From the NCBI GenBank assembly GCA_010093705.1, contig MU006104.1, forward strand, positions 1-64,000: DNA of 64,000 nt, given 5' to 3'. Below are positions 50,809 through 62,110 of the stretch, in pieces; position 1 is the first letter of the stretch; every line of letters starts with the position of its first letter. This DNA is from Patellaria atrata CBS 101060. Its lineage: Eukaryota. Both the position numbers and the translations under genes were made by a program. The notes beneath the pieces are model-generated. The model saw nothing but the letters and a program-made list of their open reading frames with translations. It was not told the origin of the DNA and did not search any database.

Positions 50809-53800
50809 CTACTCCACCTTAATAAAGAAAGGCCTCTCACCCTCCTTCCTCTCCACCCTTGCCATCTCGCTCAACCTATCCCCAACATTACATCTCAAAA
50901 CCTCCACCGTGGCCGGACTATCCATACACCACCCCTCCTCGAACCTCCCATTCATCTTCCTCGCCGCCCTCACCGCCTCCCTCAGCGCAAAGAACACCGT
51001 AGCGCCCAAAAACAGCGGCGGCTCTCCAATTCCCTTGCTGCTCTGAATGGAGCGGAGGTGCTTCCACGTCAACTGCTGCCCGTCGCCGTCGTGCCGCAGC
51101 ATGCACACGTTGAACTGCTGCGGGATGTCCGCGAAGCCGGGGATCTTGTAGGTACCTGGACCTTGGGTCGCGAGGGCGCCATCGCGGGTCCAGAGGGTCT
51201 CTTCGAGGGTGAAGAGGCCCTGGCCTTGGACGAAGGCGCCTTCGATCTGGCCATAGTCGAGGGCTGGGTTGATGGACTGCCCGACGTCCATCATGATGTC
51301 TGTGCGGAGGACGGTGTGGTCACCGGTCAGGAGGTCAAGCTCGACTTCTGAGATGCCGACGCCCTGGTTTTGTTAGATAGGGGTTGGGAGTAAAAAGAGG
51401 AGGGGGGAAGTACCTGGGTGAAGTAGTAGTACATTGGCTTCTGCGTGGCGATGTCGAAGTTGCCCCATTTGTAGCCGATCTTGGGCATTTTCCAGAAGCC
51501 GTTGGCGGCGAGGTTGACGCGGTCGAGGTAGGCGGCGTGGGCTAACGTTTTCATGGGGGCGTCGGGACCGTATTTTTCTCTGTAGGGTTGGAGTCGTGCG
51601 TTTAGTTGATCACATGCGTGTTTGACTGCCATGCCGTTGAGGTCGCTCCCGGAGGATGCGGCGGTAGGGGATGCGTTTGCTGTCTGGTATGTTTGGCTGT
51701 CTTGTGTGAATATGGCGTCGACTGGGACACCTAGTTCTTGTGCGGCTACCTGGCACATTTTTGTATACAGCCCTTGACCCATTTCTGTACCACCGTGATG
51801 GAGGAGAATAGAGCCGTCGGCATAGATTTTAACATAAGCAGCGGCCTGGTTGAGATGAAGAGCAGTGGCAAAGCTGAGACCAAACTTGGTTGGAATCATA
51901 CAAATACCACGCTTCTTCCACTTGTTTGTTTTGTTGAACTTGGAAATAGCGGCTTTCCTGGCATCGTAGTTTGTTGATGCACGGAGTTGGCTTAGCATTG
52001 TTGGAATGTGCCAGTCTTCATCAATCTCCTGTAGGAAAGGGGTCCGATCTCCTTCTTTGTAAAGATTTTTTGTCCTCAGCTCATCGATGTCCATATTCAG
52101 TCCTTCAGCAATAGCTGACATGAATGTTTCGGTAATGTACATGGCCTGTGGACCACCGAACCCTCTAAAAGCAGTGTTACTATGAGTGTTTGTTCTGCAC
52201 ACATGTCCACGGATATGGACATTGGGAATCTCGTAACAGTTGTCTATGTGGGTACAGCAACGGTCCATAACAGCACCACTCATATCTTGAGAGAAGCCTG
52301 CATTATCGTAAACGTCTGCGTCAAGGGCTAAGAGTTTACCATCATTCGATACACCGACCTTCCACCTGGCTTGGACCGGATGTCTCTGACCACTCGTAGC
52401 CATGTCTTCGTCTCTATTTAGCATAATACGTACGGGACGCTTCTCCTTTTTGGCCGCAATAGCTAGAAGACATGCTATTGGGACACTTCGTGACTCTTTC
52501 CCTCCGAAAGCACCGCCCATGCGTTTGACTCTGGCGTTGATGCGGTTGCTAGGGACACCGAGAACATGGCTAACGAATTCTTGAGTCTCCATGGCGTTCT
52601 GAGTCGACGACCAAATCTCCATGGAACCATCCTCGCTGTGTGGTATAGCTAAGGATGCATTTGTTTCGAGATAGAAGTGCTCTTGACCACCGCATCTAGT
52701 AACCCCTTCGAAAACCCGATCGCACTCACTGAAAGCATCACGCATGGACCCATCAATAGCTTTCCCCTTCTTTAGTTCCTTTCCATGGGCAAAAAAGCTG
52801 TTCGCCTCGATAGCTTCGTCTATGGTAAGAATTACCGGGAGGTCTTCATATACAATCTTGACTGCTTTCGCCCCCGCTTGAGCTTGTAGGGCTGTCTCCG
52901 CATATATCATTCCAATGATTTGGCCATGCGAGAACACTTCTCCATCAGCAAAGAAAGGCTCGTCCTTCTTAATGGAACCCCATACATTGTGTTCCTTGGG
53001 GATGCTGTTCTTGTCGATGTAGCCAACGACTCCAGGTAATTCTAGAGCGGGTTTCCAATCAATCTCAACCAGTTTCGCATGCGCCTTTAAAGATAGAACA
53101 AGACCGCCGAATAGTTCCCTGTTCATCCGTGGAATGTCGTCAACATACTCTGCTTCTCCGGTACATTGCTTGAGAGAAGAAAGGTGCGGAATTTGCTTGC
53201 CAATGACTCGTTGCCCGTTTGGGTTGAGATCATCTCTTGAGCCTGAAGAAATATCTCTGTGAATCTCGGAAATAATCTCCTTATCGACTTGACCCAGTCC
53301 AAACTCGGCAATCACTTCATGCCAAAAACGGAAGAATAGTGACAGAGCGAGAGTTCTCCTATAATGGGCCATGCCTCCTGGTACGCTGAAGCTGAGTTGG
53401 AAGTCATGCAAGAGAGCTTCCAGTCCTGCTTCTAGTGTTGTGCTATCGAACCATCGTCTCCCCAATAGCGTATCTCTTGCTCCTTTAGCTTCAATCGTCT
53501 TTGGAGCCATGCCCCCATATGCTAATGTTATATCTTCGACAATTCCGTCGTCATTGAGTCTTACCCTGAAGCCAGTCGTCACAATGGCGATATCGTCATC
53601 CTTTCGCTTTGCCTGCTTGTAAGACTTCGTGATTTCTTTGACTCCATGTGTTGGCAAAGGGATTTCTATGCGAGTAATAACACTGTCAGGGGGTAAAGAG
53701 GTGGTACGGTATGCAATAAAGAACTCAGACAGAGGTAACGGAAACGATCCTTTAGCCTTGCTTTGGGCGTGAACAACAGCTCCAGCTGCGAAGAGTACCG

Positions 53801-55340
53801 GGTTGGCGTCAGATATTGGAGATGCCGTTGCTATGTTGCCCGCGAGCGAAGCGACATTACGGATCTGCCTACCTGCGAAATACCTGAGCTGCTTCCGCAG
53901 TGCCTCTACTGCAGATGCTCGTTGACCAAGTTTCGCATATACACTCTTACATATTGTTTCTAATTCTGAAAGTGGTGTATTGGCGCCGATTGTGAATGTG
54001 TTCATGGACTTTGCCGCTCTTTCAGATTCTGGTGCGGACATGGTTTTCAACTCTTCAATGTCTGATACGTAAACAGCTATGGCAAAATCGGAATTCTTGA
54101 ATCGAACCTCTACCTGCACTTCGCTGGCTCCTCCTACAAGTTTAGCAGATGGATATGCGTCTTTAATCTCTACGAGCTGCTGAAGATTGACAGGTCTAAA
54201 CCATAGCTTCTTGTCGTTACCGAAGCAGAGAGCTCTGCTTTCATGTTTCCATAACGCGGGAGGGAATATGAGCTCCGTATTCGGGATGTAGGGAGCGAAC
54301 TGGAACTGTGGAATTCCATTCGCTGGTATGGCAACTGGTGCATCTAATGATGTTCCTGTCTTAGAACCTGGACCCGGACCGTTCTCTTCTGGCTTGTTCT
54401 CCTTGGATTTGATTGGGGCTGCGTAAGTTGCACCACTGGTATTGGTGTCTTCAAGTTTAGTGTCTGCTATTACTGCCTTCGCCGTAGGATAATCGGAGGG
54501 ACTGATGGACGTGGCATCAGTAGATGATGTATCTTCAGCTGAAACACTGTCCGAATCATTGGAACAATTCGATCCTGGTGTATCTCTACAGCAGCCTCCT
54601 GGACGTCCACATGACTGCTTTGAAGCTGATTTACCATCATTTATTTTAAGTCCTGAAATGTCTAGCTCCAAGGTATCATTATTAGGATCCGAGTCTTCGT
54701 TTAGTTGACCTTTCAAGTCCTCGGTAACGAAGGTTTTGGCTGCTTGCAGAATTGGTTTGTAGCCGGTACATCGACAAAGATTGCCGTCTAAAGCACCCTC
54801 TAGCTCAACATCTCTTGCTGAAAGCCTGAAGACCCGCTTCTCGACATCGTAAGAATTCCGGACAAGTGCATATAGCGACATGACGATGCCCGGGGTGCAA
54901 AATCCACATTGAGATCCATGGAGCTTCGCAATTCGTTCTTGTAAGGGGTGTGGTTTCTCCACACTCCCGATTCCTTCAACGGTGATTACATGCTTTCCAT
55001 CCGCTCCTACTAACGGGAACAGACATGCGTTGACAGCATGATGGGCTATCTTGCCCTTCTTTAAAGGATCTTTAACCTGTAATACAACGGTACAGGCACC
55101 ACAACCTCCTTCACCACATCCAAGCTTTGTACCTTTAAGACCATGTTGTGCTCTGATGAAGTCTAAAAGTGTCCAATGCGGGTTTGGGTTTGAGAGGCTG
55201 ATTTTCCTACCGTTCACGTAGAAGTTGAGGTCGGAATGAGTATAGGTACTTTCAATAAGCGGGTTTAGGGAATCTTGAACCGAAACAGGGGAGGATGCCG
55301 GTTCCACGGAGGCAGATGGGGGACGAGGAAGAACAGCCAT
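50809..55340 (-). CDS. hxnS: Xanthine-dehydrogenase paralogue, HxnS type (nicotinate hydroxylase / purine hydroxylase II); intron 51364-51413
   Basis: Two 2Fe-2S motifs (GCGEGGCGACTV, QCGFCTPG, GNLCRCTGY), FAD domain (FAGRQIRN), Moco domain (GGAFGGKE, AFRGFGGPQ, SKGIGEPP); FATALH motif, long post-FeS insertion, and hxn-type neighbours. Confidence 0.9.
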
Positions 55341-55925
55341 AGCGTTGTTGATATCTTGGAACTACTTTTCAGAAATAACAACGGAATGATGCTGCTCAAA
55401 AGAAAGTATTTTTCAAGTGCTTATGGATAAATTTCATTATGCATTACCCCCGACCTATCATCACACTCTCAGATTGCTTTGCTGACAACAATACCACATG
55501 GGGGGTGTTGTCTGAGGTGTGGTGGTTGTAAGGCGGGACAAAACAGCTTTGCGCCACCCACCTTCCCCTTACGTTGTGCCTGAGATGCCCGTCCATATCC
55601 GCAAGTTACAACCTCCATCCTGCACCACCTTCCGTTAATCCCTCTATCCCCCACTTTCGCTGGTTTAATACGGAGCATATGGGTGAGATCCACTGTGCAG
55701 ACTGAGAGGAGCTAACCTAAGGTATGAGACGGTCATGTCTCGTGCTTCCGTTGTACTGTACAGTACTGCATGCACTCGAGACTAGAACTAAGGTAGTGAT
55801 CCCCCTTACGCAATGTTCGAGCTCCGAAGTAGAAAGTACGGAGAATCCTTCAATGTCATATCCTCTCTTCCACCCTGACAATCTCTTGAACCTTTACTCG
55901 CTCTCTGTCAAATCCGTATCGCAGC
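55341..55925. promoter_or_regulatory. Bidirectional hxnS/hxnT promoter region
   Basis: 585 bp between divergent ATGs; several GATA cores and G/C-run motifs (CCCCAC at 55649-55654). Confidence 0.6.
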
Positions 55926-57200
55926 ATGTCTAAATTCACACCATTGAAGGATACCGCTCTGTTCAAGCCCCTCCAATTGGGTGCATTGCAGCTTGAGCAC
56001 CGTGTGTTTCAGGCTCCGTTGACTCGTATGCGTGGGCAGAAAGAGGGTGATGGTATCTTTGTTCCAGTCGATAGAGCGGTAGAATACTATAGCCAGCGAG
56101 CAACAAAAGGCGGATTGCAGTTGACAGAGGCCACTGATATCTGTCAATATGTTAGTTTTCCCTTAAACATAGGGAATCAATGGTCTAATATGTTGTAGGC
56201 GAGCGGCTATCCAGGTGTTCCAGGCATTTTCACAGCTTCTCAAATCGCAGGATGGAAGCGAGTAACAGATGCAGTTCACGCCAAAGGTGGCAATATCTTC
56301 CTCCAGATGTGGCACACTGGGCGAGCTTCCCCAGCATCTTTCGTAGGAGGTTCACAGCCACTTAGTTCGAGCGACATCCCCATCGCTGGAAAAGCACTTG
56401 ACGGAACATTGTATTCTGACACGCCTCCGAGACCTGCAACCGTTGAGGAGATCAAGAATATCACTCAAGAATTTGCGGCTGCTGCGAAACGAGCCCGAGA
56501 GGCTGGCTTTGACGGGGTTGAAATCCACGGTGCTAACGGTTATTTGCTGGACCAATTTCTCCACGATAATGTCAACAGACGTACTGACCAATATGGAGGC
56601 TCAATGGAGAACCGCTGCAGATTCCCTCTAGAAGTTATCAAAGCTGTCTGCGATTCAATTGGCAGTGACCGTGTTGGTATTCGGTTAACGCCTTACAATT
56701 ACTTTCAGGATACCAAAGACAGCAATCCGGTCAAGCATTGGTCGTATCTCTGCGAGCAAATCGTTAGACTCCCACGCGAGCGAAGACCTGCGTATGTGCA
56801 CATGGTTGAACCTCGATTCGATGAAGTCTTGGACGAGAAAGCCAAGTTGGATGCTCTATCTGCATTTACTTCCAATGAAGGTGTCGAAGCTGAAGCTACT
56901 ATGAAAGGTGCAATCAGTCTTAAACCTTTTCGAGGCATTCTAGCCCAAGGCGAGGTGAAGTTTGTTGCTGCCGGCGGATTCAATAGAGACAACGCAGCAC
57001 CAAAGCTTGAATCCGGTGATGCAGACGCCATTATATTCGGGAGATGGTTTATCGCCAACCCAGATCTTCCGAAGAGGTTAGCTGAAGGTCTTCCTCTGAA
57101 TGAATACGATCGCTCGACTTTCTATGGAGCCGATCCGCCAGAAAAAGGATATACCGATTATCCGTTCTATGAAGCTAGTACCGTCAATGGAACATCATAG
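55926..57200 (+). CDS. hxnT: Old yellow enzyme (FMN ene-reductase), HxnT type; intron 56151-56198
   Basis: LFKPLQLG, APLTRMR, YYSQRAT, QMWHTGRAS, FDGVEIHGANGYLLDQF, FGRWFIANPDLP, YDRSTFY..GYTDYP; divergent from hxnS. Confidence 0.88.
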
Positions 57201-57893
57201 AGCCTTCGCAGAGAGGATTTATTATTATTACTTTTCGGACGCAGGTACCCAATTGACCGTGTACTAGCATATATCATCATTTTTTCGGCATCTAGTTCTG
57301 GTTACATATGCTTCTACAAACGCATGCATATGGATTAAAGTTATAGCACGATAGACAGCAACAAATAGCATATTCTTCCCGGTTAATCCTCTGTTATCCC
57401 TTCAGGTAGTCCACGCTGGCTTTACATATTTACCAGTGCGTTTATGGTAAAGTATCTTGGACCCTGGAATATTTCTATGCAAGTTCCCCACTATAGCCCA
57501 CTCTTGATGAGTCGTGTATCAACCTTCCGTTACAATCCTTACTCTTCAATTGGAACAAGGCAATTTTCATGTTATTAAGCATGGGAAAAGCGAGGGAATT
57601 TACATCTCGGGAGTCTTCTTATCCTCGTCTTCTCCACCACGCTACAAAGGTACGACACTAATTTGACTCAGTCACCTTATTTCCAGAGCGCGCTATCTCA
57701 GACTACCAAGCGCGAATGTTACGAACTCTGAGCTAAGCATATCCTAGAAAAGCTCTTAGATTAGTCATTTGAGATAGCAAACCCCAAAAGTTTGGTTCAA
57801 TTCCATATAGTTCTTATTATTGAACTTTTGACTCCTCCACTCTTTCTTCAAGCATCCAGAAGACCGGGAAAGGCATTGAAGGTGGATGGAACT

Positions 57894-60800
57894 ATGGCGG
57901 CTAACCAAAGAACAGCCCGAAGAGCTGGGACTACGACTAGCGAAGGTGTTCCTATCAAGAAATTCCAATGCAGATTCGAAGGGTGCGAGAGAAGTTTCAC
58001 TCGAAGTGAACACCTTCAACGCCATTTACTGAACCACACTGCTGGGGAGAGCACCTGTGAAAGATGTAGGGCGCATTTCAAACGTCGGGATCTATTAGGC
58101 AAGTGGTGGGGAGCTTGTAGATTGATCCCCCCATTTTCGGATACTGACATCCTTCGATACAGAGAGACACATGGCACGCCATCGTCAAAAAGATGAAGAA
58201 GCTGGTGGTGAGGGAAATGGTGTACTCAACACCCGAAAACGCATGTGGAGGGACGCCGATGGTAATATCGTTACGAAAAAACCAACATTGGGACATACGA
58301 ACTCTAGTCCCCTAAGCCAAGGTGTCCCTTCCACTGTAGACGGGGATCGTTCGAGTCGTCAGGGCCAGCAAGCTGGTGCTCCAATATCTCCTCCCATTTC
58401 TACAATCAATTCGGATCAGTATCTACTAAGGCCAACATCCCAAGAGAGTATCGACGCTACGGAAGATCCTTGGGTCTTCGTGCCGGTAGGAGTAGACCAC
58501 CCACAACAGTCTTACGTCCCGACTGAGTCGGATCCGTTCTGGTCTGCACAGTCCAGACCACAGGGCGGCATTAGGAGTTTGCCTGATGATGTACCATATG
58601 ATGATGTTTTCAATCCAGATACTGGTAGGTACTGTTCCTCTCGTAGTTCTATAGTCTCAATGCTCACGATCTATAATCTATGATTTCTCTTCTTTCTCTT
58701 GTATGTATGTCTTCTAATCTCACGCGGGTTGTCCAATCCCGCTTTGTAAATGAGCAATCTGTTATGAATAGGATATAGCCACTAGTGCATATCAAATCAT
58801 GGTTTATACTTCCTAACTTGCCTACATTCTATGAAACCCTTTGGTATTTTCGATCTCTAGCGATTTAGGTATACGGTCATACTTTTTCGATTTGTGCACT
58901 TAGCCAGCATTCTTTTGAAGACTACACAGATTCTTCAAACAAACAGTATGCTTGTACATGCTGGGCATGGATACCTCAATTGGGGTGTATGACCTTCCTT
59001 ACTTCTCATTTTACATAGAATAGCTCTTTTAACGTGCAACAATTAATCATCGGAATTTATGTCTTCTATAGGTATCGTTGACGTCAATGCTGACATTTAC
59101 TTTAGCAAGCTCATTCAATATGCCGTTCACCACCATGTCAAATTATACATGGTTATTCGATCTGAATACTGCACAGACGCAACAATTTCAGCAGAACCCT
59201 ACCGTGAACGTGGGGAACGGATCGTTTCCAACTGCAAATATGGATAACTATCAGATAAACTCTCCTTCCTTCGGAGTTTCAACCTATGATGTACGTGACT
59301 TTGATTCGCCAATGGCACGGCGATGCTAACTGATTGATGATGTAGTCTTCAGTCAGCATGCCAGTTCCATATGATTCCAATGATACCAATTTGTCAGATA
59401 ACATGCTTCCAACAGCAAATATTCCATCTCCATCTTCACTGAATACACAACAACAAGAGAGTCATGGTGTGACGACTTCTCATATCTCTAAACCAGTGGC
59501 AACGTTTTCTCACCCATCGATTACAGAGTCCGGTTATAGTAGCTCGAGTGATCGGATTCTGAAAGAAAGATCAGAAGATCAACAGGTTACAACCGCCCCC
59601 GTTCTAAGTTCATCGCCTAGAGAGCGCCCCTTATCTATGTTGAATGGCTCAAGACATCTTCCAGATATTGACGAGATCGCCAGGTCAGAGTTGTTGGACC
59701 TGATAGATGCGGCAAAGCCAATGACTCCCGATGGGACCTATATTACAAGGGATCATCCTTTACTCTCACTGTCCGCACTACAGACGTACTGTGATCAGTA
59801 CTTTATCTGTTTTAATACATCATACCCCCTAATGCATCAAGCAACATTCGAAGCTTCTCATGTTCCTACATTGTTACTAATATCGGTTCTGCTTCTCGGT
59901 GCAACCTATTGCGACAAAGATGCGCACCAATTAGCGGTGAGTAAACCTTCAACTGTATGATAATCCATTACTGATAATCGAAGGTTTGCATACACGACGT
60001 GATTCGCCCGCAGATCTTTGCAGATGCTGGCTTCAATGCCCGACCTGAGCTATGGGTCTTACAGACTATCCTGCTCGTGGAATGCTTTGGCAAATCTCGT
60101 GCGGGGCAGAAACAGCACGATATGAGCCATCTTTTCCACGGCCTCCTTATCAACTTGATTCGGCGAAGTGATTGCCAGACCATTCGACCCCCTGGAGTTT
60201 ATGATGTGACCGAGGACCTCGAGGATGACTGGAAAACCTGGGCCGAAGCAGAACAAAAGAAGAGACTTGCATTTCTATGTTTTATGTGGGATGTTCAACA
60301 TGCAGTTTTATTCTGCCAATCCCTCTGTATGTCTGCTTTCGAACTCCGCTCAACTCTGCCTTGCGATCAAGCAGTATGGGAAGCAGACTCTGCAGAATCA
60401 TGGCAACAGTTACGCAGACAACAGAAACCTCCCCCTCTATTTCTGACAATTCTCAAAATATACCTCGCACCTGCCGCTCTACCTCCCCCTAAAAATCTTA
60501 ACGCACTATCACGTCTTCTACTCCTTCACGGCCTAATGTCCATATCCTGGGACATGAAACGCCGCGACCAGACATCACTAGGCCTCGTTGCCACGGATCC
60601 TCATGTCGGGGACTGGAAACACCGCCTGGCAACTAGTTACGACGCATGGAAATCCGACTTCGACTCCTTCTGCAAGGAACATTCTTCACACCTAAACTCA
60701 TCTACCTCGACCGACCTCAAGCGCGAATTCGCATGCTACGCAACCGCCTACAACGCAATCTACCACGCCGCCCACATCATCCTCAACGCCGAGTTCCTCG

Positions 60801-61339
60801 ACCTCCAGATCTATGCCGGCGCCCGCCACATCCTCGGCCGTCCCGTCGGCCGCCCGGATTACGCTCGCAGCCAACGCGTAGTCAAGAAATGGGTTGCCGA
60901 TGCCCCCAAATCGGCTGCGAAATCAGCATGGCACGGCGCGCACATCCTCCGCGACGGCATTACCAACCTCGACGACTTTGACGCCATGGGTCTGTTTCAC
61001 TATCCCTGGTGTCTCTACCTCGCTACCATAACCTGCTGGGCCTTCCACCACGCCCGGCCCTCTTCATCCGCTGTTCTCGAAGACGATCGTGGGCCTGAGG
61101 ATGACGATGAGATGGTCTGGGATGCCCGCGCGGAGATGGAGGCTGTGGTGCTTGAGATGGCGGAAGCGGGGCCGGAGGCGCTGGCGAGAGGGGCGGGGAA
61201 GAGGAGGACGGGTGGGCTGACGGCTGTCGTGGCGAAGTGTTTGAGTAGGGTTCGGTGGGCTGTCGTGCATGATGGGATGATGGTGCTTAGGGGATTGGTG
61301 CCGGGGAGGTTGATTTGCCAGTATGATAGTTTGGCCTAG
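57894..61339 (+). CDS. hxnR: C2H2 zinc-finger transcription factor with fungal-specific TF domain, HxnR type (introns 58099-58162 GC-AG, 58625-59105, 59291-59345, 59937-59983)
   Basis: Two fingers FQCRFEGCERSFTRSEHLQRHLLNH and CERCRAHFKRRDLL|ERHMARH; YFICFNTSYPLMHQATF; WAEAEQKKRLAFLCFMWD; position in the cluster. Confidence 0.85.
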
Positions 61340-62110
61340 AGCGTCGCATTCAGAAGTTAGGGAGTTAATTGGAAATGGCTTTGAGGGAGGGTGGAGTATT
61401 GGGTGGAGAAACTGGTGTTGCCCGGGATCATGGAGTTGGGAAATGCTTTCTAGGATTTGAGCGTATCGATGACAGGGTTTATAAGCTATCACGAGCAAAG
61501 AAGGAATTATTAACTCTAAAGTTCAAGAATGATAAAATCCCTTTACCTTGAGTTACCGTTCCTTGAACTTCTGTCTGCAACGAGCTTGCCAAAATTTAGA
61601 GTACCATATAGTCTCAAACCATGAACAGCTCCCTCCTTCACTAATACAATCCCTTTCATTCTAACAAATATCCTTTAACAAGAAGAGTAGACAAAGGTTT
61701 ACTCAAGTCCAGCCTAAACTACTGTAAAAACCAAACGAAAGAAAAAAATAAAATAAAAATAAGATAGAGACGAAAGTCGAACTAGACCTAGGGATAAGTT
61801 GAAAAAAAAAATTTAAAACAAGTTAGAACAGAACTTGTTCTATGAAATAACCACTGACTGCTTGGACAAATGGCCTATTTTAGCTCTATGAATATTATTC
61901 CAATTATAGTGTTTGCATGTATATATCCCTTTAGTTTTACGAAACTCAAATTTCCCTTTTTTAAAGCTCAAAGCTATCTAGCCCTTTCACCACCACACCC
62001 GCCATCACCTTCCTATTTCAACAATAGCTTTTTCCTTTTCAACTCTAGATACCTTTACTTTCACAGAATCAATTTTCAATTTTCTAAAGCTAAGGCTATC
62101 TCGAGTAACC

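Noticed and set aside
50809..55340. Calling the Moco enzyme the canonical xanthine dehydrogenase (hxA)
   Set aside because: The FATALH motif, the post-FeS insertion and the OYE/C2H2/FMO neighbours fit HxnS better.
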